Source: Octopus sinensis
Taxonomy: Eukaryota
Direction of reading: 5' to 3'
Length of the DNA stretch: 64,000 bases
NCBI RefSeq assembly: GCF_006345805.1
Contig: NC_042997.1
Location: 184,140,001-184,204,000, forward strand
Positions 40,384 to 52,554 of the stretch are shown in pieces. Under the pieces are notes generated by a model. The model did no database searches, was not told the DNA's origin, and worked only from the letters and a program-made list of their open reading frames with translations. The position numbers were made by a program, and so were the translations under genes. Positions within the stretch are counted from its first letter, which is position 1. Each line of letters begins with the position of its first letter.

Positions 40384-40570
40384 TCTTTACTCTTTTACTC
40401 TTTTACTTGTTTCAGTCATTTGACTGCGGCCATGCTGGAGCACCGCCTTTAGTCGAGAAAATCGACCCCGGGACTTATTCTTTGTAATCCCAGTACTTAT
40501 TCTATCGGTCTCTTTTGCCGAACCGCTAAGTGACGGGGACGTAAGCATACCAGCATCGGTTGTCAAGCAA

Positions 40571-40603
<33 letters not shown>

Positions 40604-40768
40604 CGACAGGCTTCTTTTAGTTTCCGTCTACCAAATCCACTCACAAGGCATTGGTAGGTCCGGGGCTATAGCAGAAGACACTTGCCCAAGATGCCACGCA
40701 GTGGGACTGAACTCGGAACCATGTGGTTGGTAAGCAAGCTACTTACCACACAGCCACTCCTACGCCTG
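39930..40768 (-). mobile_element. Two adjacent SINE group B copies
   Basis: ~39930-40322 and ~40382-40768, both followed by tgatatagagtatata. Confidence 0.88.
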
Positions 40769-40775
40769 ATATAGA

Positions 40776-40823
<48 letters not shown>

Positions 40824-41340
40824 TGCACACACGCACGCACACACACATACGCACACACATTATATATTAATAGTAATAGTATGACAACAAAAGAATGAAT
40901 GAGACCTCGATATTATGTAAATAGAGGAATTTATCTGTAATATAATATGTGACAATTATTCGGTTGCCATAATAAAACTCCAACTTTTTGGGTCATGTCC
41001 ACACATGGTTAAATATTTGTTACGTTTTTGGTCCCCACAAAATCACAGATAGAACCTGCTTTTTATATTGTGTCCACGTACAAACAAATTTATCTCTCTC
41101 TATTTTTTATATATATTTATTTACATATATTTTTTTACATATTTTATATATTTTTATTGCTTTATATAGTTTTACATATTTTTTTCTGTATATTACATTT
41201 CACCCTGTATTTTTTGTGCGTTTGAGTATATAGACGTGTATATGAACATATTTGTGTGCGTATGGGTATACAAAGATTAAAAGATTAAAGACAAATTACA
41301 ATCACATATATACACACGTGTGTGTTTGTGTGTGTGAGCG

Positions 41341-41377
<37 letters not shown>

Positions 41378-42153
41378 GTGCGAGTATGTATATGTGTACA
41401 TGTGTATGGTTGCATATATATGTATACATATAGGTGTGTGTATGGGGGGGGGGGTTGCATGTATATGTTTCACGCGAGTGTGAGTGAGAATATGCATATA
41501 TAGCATATGCGTATTATAGACGTGTATAAGAATATAATTGTGAGCGTATGGGTATGTGCACGTGTGTGTGCGGATATGTACATGTGTATGGTTGCATATA
41601 TGTGTGCACATATAGGCGTGTGTGTAGGTGTGCATGTATGTGTTTCACGCGAGTGTGAGTGAGCATATGCATATAAGCACATGTACGTGGGTGTGTGTGC
41701 ACGCATGTGTATGTATGTGCTTGCGCGCATACGCGAATTCTATGAAGGTCTTTTACTTTCTCCCCTTCGGGTTTTTTTCCCCTCTTTATTTAACGGTCAT
41801 TCTAATCGCTTTTTTGTTTGTCTTAATAAAATTATTTTTATAATTATAGAATATTTTGTATAATTTACCTAAAATAGTTGGTAAAATTATTAGTATTAAT
41901 AATCTTACCCTATATTATTATTATTAAAATATATATATATTATATTATATATATATATATATATATAAGTAGTTAAAGGAATTATCCTAGTATGGATAAT
42001 TCGGTTAACCGATACCCGGGTAGCAAATTTACGTCAGAAATCACGGTTGAAGCTACATGCCAAGGGCAGAAATCACGTGCTTTCGTGTGGAAATTTGTGT
42101 GTTATTTTACTATAAATAAATGAAAGAATGGAGTCGAACGACGATTTAACAAA

Positions 42154-42253
42154 ATTCCTTTATTCTCGACATATGTTTCGAAGACTGCGTATTCTCAATT
42201 CCGAAGGAATAAAGGGTGCATTATGCCGCCTTCTCATCAGGAAAACAAGGAAC
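42154..42253 (-). ncRNA. Type-I hammerhead ribozyme (PLE-associated type)
   Basis: Minus strand: stem I 5' guuccuuguuuuc, CUGAUGA (42240-42234), stem II gaaggcggc/gcagucuuc, GAAAC-auau-GUC, stem I 3' gagaauaaaggaau; predicted cleavage between 42168 and 42167. Confidence 0.75.
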
Positions 42254-42386
42254 TTATGTCAGCATCATGATGAACAAAAGCTTTTAGATGACTGCCCACA
42301 CGGAGTCCATTATCACTATGCAGTCTGCGAAACATATGTCGAGAATAAAGGAATTTTGTTAAATCGTCGTTCGACTCCATTCTTTC

Positions 42387-42421
<35 letters not shown>

Positions 42422-42424
<3 letters not shown>

Positions 42425-42738
42425 GATGGTTGCCTGATATCTTTATGCCCTGTATCATCGATGAGCTACACGAATATGGCTTTTGAGGCCTGCCAAAGAC
42501 ATCCATGGTTTTTGACAATTAGTGCAAGAAAACTTGGTGATTGTTTGGTTTACAGTTCCATGAACTTTACTATGTCTTTTCAAGCCACCTTTTGATCTGC
42601 ATACTTTATGACAGAGTATGCATTCGAAATCATCTGTCCATCTGTAATCAATGTGCGGTTGTGCTTCGTATGGCTCTTTAGCCCAGACTTATTAAGATAA
42701 ATCTTTCCACATTCATCACAGATCATCACGTTCATTAA
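42422..42738 (-). mobile_element. Probable RTE LINE 3' end with three tandem C2H2 zinc fingers
   Basis: CDECGKIYLNKSGLKSHTKH (frameshift) CILCHKVCRSKGGLKRHSKVH and CTNCQKPWMSLAGLKSHIRVAHR*; ~35 nt after the stop it runs into (TA)n; same strand as the RTE RT upstream. Confidence 0.7.
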
Positions 42739-43586
42739 TGTTTGTTAGAACATCTATCCTTCCTGTCACTTTTTCTCATCTTTCTCTAGATCTTTGCATT
42801 CTCCATTCTCTTTCTAATTCATTTTTGCCTCCTGTTATATGGCACGTTCGGATGTCCTCTACTCAACTCCTCGACGTCTAGACTTCTCCCTCTATATCTA
42901 CGTATTGGGCTAGCCTACATCATCGTCTGGGGACGTCGAAACAACACCGCCCCCTTTTGAGTTTTTTATACCTGAATTTATCAATTTTATTTCCTCGGTG
43001 AGAAGCTGGCATATCTTTTTCTCTTAGCGTTAATTTCCATCATTTCTGTAGGTTTTTTTTTCCTGTTCGACCCACGTGTCGGTTCTGCTTTTGCTTATGG
43101 TTCTGGGACCTCGAACAAATCATACCATAAATCCATTTGTTCTTCTCGCCTCTTTTGGGTTTTAGTATATCTTTTTTTTAATTGGTTTAAATACCTTCTG
43201 TGTTCATATTTTGGTCCTTTTACCATGCACATCACGTTACCCAGACGTCCAGTTATACTTCCTTATTCCCAATCCTGTTTTCCGTTACTATATATTTTAA
43301 AATACACTTTGTCACCTGTGTTAAAAATTTTGTTTTTCTTTCCGAATTTTCTATTTTCTGTTTCCTGCTCGGCAACCATTTGTCAAAACTAGAACGAATT
43401 TTTCTGGAAAATATCAAATCTGCGGGTAGCCTACCCGACTCTGCATTTGGATTCGGTGTTATTCTATACACTTGCAAAAACTTTGTCATATTTGTATCTA
43501 CAAGGATTTTCCGTCTGGTCTTCCTTAAGGCTCTCTTGAATGTGTCGACGAATCTCTCCGCTAACCCATTTGACCTTGGATGGTAA
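42739..43586 (-). mobile_element. Gypsy/Ty3 LTR retrotransposon 3' remnant (integrase C-terminal half, PPT, LTR)
   Basis: YHPRSNGLAERFVDTFKRALRK...FLQVYRITPN...PADLIFSRKIRS; purine tract aaaaggggg(c)gg then TGTTG at 42946; candidate LTR end AACA at 42739. Confidence 0.85.
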
Positions 43587-44690
43587 ATTTATGATTTATG
43601 GTTAAGCCAAGTGCCTCACAAGCCATTGCATTCGTAAGATTTTGCATGTCCTCCTCAGTATGAGTGATAATATCACAATCATCTGCATAGAGGAGGTCTC
43701 TAGTAAGAGTTGAAGACGTCCCTGACTTAGCTGACAGTCTTCTGATGTTAAAGATTTTTCCTGCTGTGCGATATCTAATATATCTGCCTTCATAGGAGCC
43801 TTTGAAAGCCAATTGAAAAACTATGGTAAATAGAGGGTGAAGAGAGTGGGTACTAGTATGTCACCTTGTTTTACCCCATTGATGACAGAGTTAAGCTTCG
43901 AGAGCTTTCCACCGCTGCTGGTCCTTACTCCCATGCCATCATGAAACTGTTTCAGAATAGTGAGAAACTTTACTGGGCATCCAGGTCTCCTCAAGATCTT
44001 CCACAAGACAGTTCGATTGACAGAGCCAAAAGCGTTAGTAAGATCAATGAATACCTGATAAAGTCCTGTTTGCTGTCCCACACACTTTTCTTGTAACTGC
44101 CGTGCAGAGAAGGTCATGTCAACAGAACCCCTACCATTTCTGAATCCACTCTGTGATTCAGGAAAAATCTCATTAGCCTCATATATCTGCAGCCGGTTCA
44201 ACATTATTCGTGATAAAACTTTGCCGACTGTAGCAAGCAGGCAAATACTACGAAAGTTACTGCATTCATCCTTTTGTCCCTTACTCTTGAACGACAACTC
44301 CCATGACTGCATCCTTCCAATCTTTTAGCATAACTTCCCTTTTCCGTATCTTCTGTATTAATGCTGTCAGCATTTCTAGCATGTCGTACCCACTAAATTT
44401 AAATAGTTCTACATGCAGACTATCAACTCCCGGTGCTTTGCCATTGTCCAGCTTTGATACTGCTTTTACTGTTTCCTCTGCTGAAGGGGTGTCATCTAAG
44501 CACTCAATGGGTGCATTCTGTGGAATCATATCAATACTTTTTTCTATCAACAATTGCTGGACCAGCAATTGTTGATAGAAATGAAATGTTCCTCCCATCG
44601 TTTTAAGATGTCTTTGGGCTCCCTCAATAAAACACCATTCCTATTCTTCACATGAGCCAAAGTAGGATATGATGCCTCATACACCTCACG
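43587..44690 (-). mobile_element. RTE-clade LINE reverse transcriptase fragment
   Basis: GKAPGVDSLHVELFK, CSNFRSICLLATVGKVLSRIMLNRL, ESQSGFRNGRG, RQLQEKC, FIDLTNAF, GVKQGDILVPTLF, LLYADD; several frameshifts. Confidence 0.95.
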
Positions 44691-45220
44691 AAAGAGAGTA
44701 CATAATAACACTCACGCGCGAGTAAATACGCACATATATCATAAATTGTATTCCATTAATTGGCTAAAATGCTATGTGTACAGGTTAAGTTAAGATACAA
44801 TTTGAGCGTAAACTTCTTAGTTCAAATTCTGTTAAATCTGTACCTTTGTATAAGTTACTCTCCTATATATATATATCCCCAGTCGAAAGTTATTATTATT
44901 ATTATTATAATTATTATTGTATTTTTGTATTAATATTCGTGTAACATCGTCTGTTTTTCCGTTCTTGTTTTCGTATACATTCGATGCTATTTTCCAAGGA
45001 ATCTAATGCTCTTAGCTTAGATTTTCCTTGGGGCTGGCCAGATTGGAGCAATCTCAAGATTAATCAGCCGAAATTGCGAGAATGATCCGGTTTTTGACTG
45101 AGGATAAAAGGCTTCGAATGACCCGTCCTTGTTTTTTTGTATCGTCTATCCGGATGTTTTGTTGTCCCTTTTTGTATCACCTAGTTTTCGGATGTTTTGC
45201 GTTCTTGTCCCATTTTGTAT

Positions 45221-45265
<45 letters not shown>

Positions 45266-45574
45266 ACATACATATACGATAGGCTCTACTAATGTTCATA
45301 TATTGGCTGTCCTGGGGATGTTCTAACTGATGATTGTTATGCACCATGCATTGTAGTAAAACGCGCCGGGGCAGCATCTAGAAAACATACAAGTAAACTG
45401 TACTTATAAATGGCTATCTGAGAGTTGTTATAACTGACGAATATAATATACGCATCCTATATTTTATAGCAGAACACGATTGTAGGTCTTTTGCTAAGTA
45501 CTTAATTATATCGCACTTATCCTTACACTCCACTTTTGTATTAGTAATTTAATCCGAAGGCTGCATGAGTTTTT

Positions 45575-45737
45575 ATAGACGCAGGCATGGTTGTGTGGTA
45601 AGAAGCTTGCTTCCCAACCACATGGTTCCAGGTTCGATCCCATTGCGTGGCACCTTGGGCAAGTGCCTTCTATTATAGCCTTGGACCGACCAAAGCCTTG
45701 TGAATGGACGTGGTAGACGGAAACTGATAAAAGCCTG

Positions 45738-45775
<38 letters not shown>

Positions 45776-45965
45776 TTGTCCTCCCCAGCTTGATTACCGG
45801 TGCTGGTGTGTTTTCGTTCCCGTACCTTATCATTTCGGCGAAAGAGACCGATAGAATAAGTACTAGGCTTCAAAAAAGTCCTGGGGTCGATCTGTTCGAC
45901 TAAAACCCTTCAAGGCACTACCCCAGCATGACCACAATCGACTGAAACAAGTAAAAGATAAAATA
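45575..45965 (+). mobile_element. SINE group B with internal (TG)n
   Basis: Homology to other group B copies. Confidence 0.85.
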
Positions 45966-46089
45966 TGTAGCCAATGACACCACTAACCCACTTGGCCAGC
46001 TGCAAACCTATTTGTCCATTACATTTGTAGATGTTCAGCTTTTATCGATTCAGTTTCTAAATGTTTTTGCCGAAAATATTTTATTACTA

Positions 46090-47173
46090 TGGTTTCATTA
46101 CATAAAAGAATGAAAACTGAAATTTGTTGCAGTTGCTGTCTCTTCGAGCAAAACGGTATTGCGGCAAGGGAGTATGGAGGGACCAAAAAGTTAGTGTGTT
46201 GTTGGAAGAACCGCAAAGCCTGCCTGAAGACTGTTTCACAGAAAAGTGTTGAAAAACTGGAAGATTATTTAGAAGTTTATATCAATGAAAACTGACAAAA
46301 GCAAAGACTGCCTGAAGATAGTTTCACAGCAAAATTGTGTTGCGAGAATCGGAATCTGGCTCTGGTGTGAATTGTAAAATTATTTGGAAGATTAGATCAA
46401 TGAAAACAACAGATAAATAGTCTTGAGGTCGATCTGTTCGAGTAAAACACATCCAAATGAATGTAATGGCTTGAAAACTACAGTAAGCTGATGTTCTTGC
46501 TTTGTGAAAAGGAAAGATGTGATAGAGCGACAAAGACAAAAATTGCATATAAACTCCCGGTAGACTTTGAAGAAAAATTACAAATTTCCATAGAAATACA
46601 TAGGCGCAGGTATATTTGTGAGATTATGAAGCTCTGGGGAGAGATAAATTGTAGATCAATTAATCTGACATCTAGCCATAAATCATTGTAAAAAAGCAAA
46701 AGAAACATAAAAAATTTACATTTGTCCAGTGTCTAATTACACTCCTATGTCTTCAAAGATAACTCTTGGCAGTTTATGTATACTTGAGGTGGTTTCATTT
46801 AACTGGATCTTATTTACGAGGCAATTACAAAACAGAATGTTTTGTTGGTGTCATTAATAAAAAGTAATTTCCCGTTCGATAGTAATGCACTAGCGTTTTC
46901 AGAAGGGAGACTACAAAAATCACGAGGAAAACATCATGGATCACCAAATATAAACTTACTTTTAATTATATTATGCAACGCATAACATATTTTCCGGTAC
47001 ACTAGTCGACAGAGTATATAGTGTAAACATATAGTTTAAAAATTCATACATCGTCACTATCTTTCCAAATCCTGCTGCATTTTACCAAGTTGTCTTGGTG
47101 TGTAAGTCGACCATATATTTTTTAGCTGTAAATTTTGGTCGGAATAATTCAACTTGTATGCCTGAAAATACGG
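46090..47173 (+). mobile_element. Decayed pogo/Tigger-type transposon
   Basis: AAREYGGTKKLVCCWK (HTH-like) and TKIAYKLPVDFEEKL motifs; terminus aacttgtatgcctgaaaatacgg followed by TA; similar terminus at ~50600-50686. Confidence 0.65.
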
Positions 47174-47767
47174 TATTAGTCTTATACCTAATAACACTAA
47201 TACGTATGTCTTTAAAGATTATTTGGTAGTTTGTGGATATCAGTGGTAGTTTAATTTAACAGGATTTGATTTACGAAGCAGTTTCAAAATGGAACCTATT
47301 TTATTTGGATACCAATAATCATTTCTACGACAGGCACAACTGGTACTCATTTTATCGACCTCGAAAAGGATAAAAGGCAAAGTCGACCTCAGCGGGATTT
47401 GAACTCGGAACGTATGAAAAAAAAAAAAAGAAACATAAAAACTGTCAAATTTAGCCTGAGCACCTTGTATTTTCGAGGAGAAAAGTTTAAATGAAGTTTT
47501 TAGTCGGAGTTAGAGATAAGACACGGTAGTTATAATAAGTGGTGATGTGGTGGATACCTTTGGTACGAATTCTGCAAGTTCATAGGTGCTGCAACAGTTG
47601 CAGTGACGACAGAAAAGATAGGGAAGACATATGTCTGTGGGTCAGTGTTAGGTGTACGTTAGTGAGTGAAGGTTTATTAATTAGTTAGTCTCCTGTTATC
47701 CTGAATTCTTGTGTATATAGCAGCTGATTTGTCCCACTATCCCATTACTATGACGTTGGTTGTATTT

Positions 47768-48350
47768 TATTTCTTTATTGCCCACAGGGGGCTAAACATA
47801 GAGGGGACAAACAAGGACAGACAAACGGATTAAGTCGATTAGATCGACCCCAGTGCGTAACTGGTACTTAATTTATCCACCCCGAAAGGATGAAAGGCAA
47901 AGTCGACCTCGGCGGAATTTGAACTCAGAACGTAACAGCAGACGAAATACCTATTTCTTTATTACCCACAAGGGGCTAAACATAGAGGGGACAAACAAGG
48001 ACAGACAAACGGATTAAGTCGATTCGATCGACCCCAGTGCGTAACTGGTACTTAATTTATCGACCCCGAAAGGATGAAAGGCAAAGTCGACCTCGGCGTA
48101 ATTTGAACTCAGAACGTAACAGCAGACGAAATACCTATTTCTTTATTACCCACAAGGGGCTAAACATAGAGGGGACAAACAAGGACAGACAAACGGATTA
48201 AGTCGATTCGATCGACCCTAGTGCGTAACTGGTACTTAATTTATCGACCCCGAAAGGATGAAAGGCAAAGTCGACCTCGGCGGAATTTGAACTCAGAACG
48301 TAACAGCAGACGAAATACCGCTGCGCTAACGTTTCTGCCAGCTCACCGTC
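47768..48350 (-). mobile_element. Trimeric SINE group A
   Basis: Near-identical units at 47768, 47952 and 48136 (period 184); ttggttgtattt on both flanks. Confidence 0.92.
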
Positions 48351-50014
48351 AACATTGGTTGTATTTGTGACGCTGTATGATATAGATGTAAACACTCATC
48401 GCTACTACTGCTATTACTTCCCCCATAAGCAAAAATTTTGAGAACATCCTTCATATTTGACATATGAGTCTAGTCGTTTTTAGATTCATAATAACATCAA
48501 CTCAGCATATAAGCATATATAATAAAAAATTTGTCTTGCACCTCACTATCTCTACACATTAATAACACTATTAATACCCAGTGCCACTACAAATACTAGG
48601 CGTCACAACTTCTTAAGTACCAGTTGCGCACTAGGGTCGATAAAATCGACTTAATCCGTTTGTCTGTCCTTGTTTGTCCTCTCTCTGTGTAGCCCCTTGT
48701 GGGCAGTAAAGAAATAAGAATCGTAGCTTAACAATTTTATTCAAGCTGACGAAGGAGACTCTCTGTGATCGTTCGACTTGTATGCTACATATTCGCAGGT
48801 CACCATGACCCACGAATATAAACCATTAGAAAAGTTGCTTAAAATCAAACAAACAAGCGAAACGATAGCTGCTAGTTTGATCTAAAACTGCACTTACTGT
48901 CTTTTCGTTTAATTTTGCACAAACCAGTATAAATAGATTAACTTGAGGTATGATTGGGTTTAGTACAACAAAATAAGTTTTTATGAAAACCAAAATTCGA
49001 CTGTTTGAGTTTTTTTTCTTTTGATACTGCAGTGGCGTGTTTTAACACGCCATGTCACGTGATACACCCAGTCATGGATTGTGTGACTAATTCAACGAAA
49101 GAACAGTTTTATAATGAATTATGTTCTTTTTTTTCGGGAAATACCAGGAAAACTTTCTATGTATTTTTGAAATCATTTGATAAGGCAACGAAAGCTAGTG
49201 GCAACGACCGTATTTCAGTTATTTTTCTCGTACTGATGGAATGACGCAGCCGATTTATAAACCTCTGCTGGGCCAAAATGTGCACAAAAATGTGTGCAGG
49301 GGAGTAAAACTGGGGGTCCAGTCCAAATACTAACAACAAATTTAACTCCTTTAAAGAAACTCAAAACGGGGTTGATGTTCTTAAACATGTTAGCGTGTTA
49401 GACCTACAACTCAATATAGAACAATAAATTTTTGTTTCACTTCAAAGATGTATTTCTGTAATTCGTCAAAGGAGCTCTTTGTATATATACTATAGCTATT
49501 TCCCAGAATTAACACAGAAATCGCCTCAGTGGAAGGGAATTTTGGTTTATTATAGGAGACGTAAAAAACAAATGATTATTTGAACATTAATACCGTATTC
49601 GACCGCATTAATTAAAGTGGAGAGAAATACCTACAGCCTGAAATTGAAAGTGGATAACGCAAGTGTATTTAACAAGCTCAGCTACATTTTGTGCTAAAAA
49701 TCACTCATGAAGGATGGATGAGCTATTGTTTCTGTTGTTGAGCAGACAGTGGCCATATTACAACAAACATACAACATCCTGGACTAAATTTGTAATGCTC
49801 ATTTTAAATTCTCTTATGCTTCTTCTTTACTACATAAAACTACTTCGTACAACTATTATATATTTTTTTTAATTTCCAAAACATTTTGAATGTCTTTTTG
49901 TAAGATGATATGTAGCGTATGGTTTGAAAGATATTTGGGTGTTAATTCTGGCAAGTCGAACGATCACAGAGAGTCTCCTTCGTCAGCTTGAATAAAATTG
50001 TTAAGCTACGATTC

Positions 50015-50248
50015 TTATTTCTTTACTGCACACAAGGGGCTACACACAGAGAGGACAAACAAGGACAGAAAAACGGATTAAGTCGATTATACCGACCCCA
50101 GTGCGTAACTGGTACTTATTTAATCGAACCCGAAAGGATGAAAGGCAAAGTCAACCTCGGCGGAATTTGAACTCAGAACGTAACGGCAGACGAAATACCG
50201 CTAAGCATTTCGCCGGCGTGCTAACGTTTCTGCCAGCTCACCGCCTTC
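50015..50248 (-). mobile_element. SINE group A
   Basis: Flanked by the diverged repeat aaaattgttaagctacgattct / aaaattgtcaaattacgattct. Confidence 0.88.
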
Positions 50249-51017
50249 ATTGTTAAAATTGTCAAATTACGATTCTATCACTAGTATTATGTTGTATGTG
50301 TGTTGGTAGCATACTTAAAACTACTGGTTTCAAATCTTTGGGGAGATGTAAGTCAATTACATCAACTCCTGTACTCAATTGGTACTTATTTTATCGGCCT
50401 CGAAAGAATAAAAGGCAAAGTCGACCTCGACGGAATTTGAACTCAGAACGTGAAGACGGACGAAATCCCGCTAAGAATTGCTTTCATTGCTTTCAGGTTT
50501 AGCTTAAGGTATTTTCGTGCCCGACATCACAAAATGTGTCTGAATAAATATTGCCGGACAGCAAATAGGGACTCGGACATTGCTTAGAAAATATTTTTCA
50601 TTTTTAACCTCGTATATAGTACGCACTAGGGATTTTGACCATTAAATTTTGGGGAAAAAATGCGGATTATACTCGAGGATTTACGGTATTTAAAAAATGA
50701 TATTAGTAAATTATTTCGATTTGGGAGAGATGGAGCTTAAATGTTATACATTAATACTGCTCTCAAAGACATTGGTCTAGAGTATAAACACTTGCAATTT
50801 TGAGTTTCAAAGATCGTCTGTTTAGTTTAGTGTGGCTCTACTCAGTATGCTAATGAACGTTGACATTTATTTGCGTTCTGGACTGTTTATGGACAGAAAC
50901 AAATTAGTGTGATCTTAATTTTGTAAAATTTGTTACTTTTATAGTTTTGATACCAGAAAATATTTATAAAGTGATATGAACATATACATAGATGTGCATG
51001 AGTTTATGTGTTTGGTG

Positions 51018-51059
<42 letters not shown>

Positions 51060-51311
51060 TTCAGTCGCTTTTTAATGTAGTACCGTTATCTTCTCAGTCA
51101 TTCGAATGTCAAGTAAGGGATCTTCAATCTCAGTTACAGATTTTTTAATTAATTTTTTTTGTAAATAAACAGCTTGAAACTTCGGATACTGGTTGAATGT
51201 GTCACGCAGAACACGGTTTATTCTTAACGTTTTTGGCAAAATTTTGTATTTTAGAAGCTATTTCGTGTTAAAGTTGTCGTGCTTGAATAATTTTAACCAA
51301 TCAATGACGTG

Positions 51312-51312
<1 letters not shown>

Positions 51313-51342
<30 letters not shown>

Positions 51343-51477
51343 AACATCGAAAAATACCTTAGGAATGAGAACCCAGGTTCAAAATTTCTCCAAGACACCT
51401 GATGAAGGCTGGAGGGTATATCAGCCGAAATGTGTTAACAACAAACAAAATGAGGACAAATATCCGTAAATAATGTT
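51313..51477 (+). mobile_element. PLE pseudo-LTR-like fragment with a defective hammerhead
   Basis: After (AAT)n: gacac-CTGATGA-a-ggctg..cagcc-GAAA-t-gtgtt; stems I and II pair, but stem III and the cleavage triplet are missing. Confidence 0.6.
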
Positions 51478-51896
51478 TTAAATTGGTATAAAACATTCAC
51501 TATTTTGAATTAGAAAGCAGTAAAGTGGTAGAATACAGTCGTTCTGAATGAAAATCTCTCAGGGATCGATAAAATAACAATTAGTCACGTTTAAAGTGCA
51601 AAGATCGATTAATTTGACTTAGTGTTCTTCTTCTTCTTCTGAGTTTATGTTTGTATACGAAGTGATTATTCTTCGAGTCGGAATTTAATTGTTGACACTT
51701 TCCTCATTTCACATAATATTTTAATATTAACTTATGTGATAGAACACCGATAAAGACATTTCTAAAAACTAATATCAACGTAATGTAGTTTCTTATTTCG
51801 ATAGAAAAGATTCGTTTTTCTTTTACTTCGTTATCCATTTCTCTATTGTAAAAATCACTAAATGGACAGGTTCCCTTCCTCACGTACACTCATATA

Positions 51897-52117
51897 CACT
51901 GGCGAAAATAAATTTAAGACCGTTGATAAAAGTTCTATTTCTTACAAAATATTTTGTTACTAACACCGTACAAATTATCTTCATCTTTTACACCTCATGC
52001 AGAATTTATTTCTCTTTCGAATGATACAGACAATAACTATTTTTACACGACTTGAAGAATTCTAATGCTAAATTAATATAAACCTTTCAAATTTACCTGC
52101 AAAATTAGTTTAAGACC
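51897..52117 (+). mobile_element. Tc1-like IR/DR terminal arm, solo copy 2
   Basis: TA then cactggcgaaaataaatttaagacc; collinear with 5620-5840. Confidence 0.6.
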
Positions 52118-52325
52118 GTATAATTTTATTTAAAGCTTAAGATTGTAGCAAAAATGATCAACAAGAACGAAATACATATTTGAACACAACATACTCATAC
52201 AGAATTATTGCTCTCACACACACATGCACACACATTTTATTTCGAAGTTTTAAAATGTTGTAAATAATAAATTTGAAATTATTACATTTTTACTTACTTC
52301 TTTTCTTTTCTTTTTTCTTTTTTAG

Positions 52326-52554
52326 TTATACCTGGTTTCTATGGAAATACCTGTCTGGAGTAACAATTGATACATACGTTCTCTTATAACATATACAATT
52401 ATATTTCAGTGGAACCGAGAACGACAGGAAGAAATTGTATATAAAAAAATAACCTTTGGAATTTAGATGTGATGAAGAATTTACATTAAATTTCTTGAAC
52501 AACAACGATATCAGTAAAAAATAAAAAAAGGGGGGTGGAAAAAACAGAAAAAAA
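52326..52554 (+). other. Candidate non-coding (5' UTR) exon of the 53072 gene
   Basis: Long polypyrimidine tract and AG ending at 52325; candidate donor GTAAGC at 52555 (alternative GTAAGA at 52562); no long plus-strand ORF. Confidence 0.4.

Noticed and set aside
45090-45135. CTGAGGA...GAA...GTC hammerhead-like string
   Set aside because: No GAAA and no convincing stem I or II pairing
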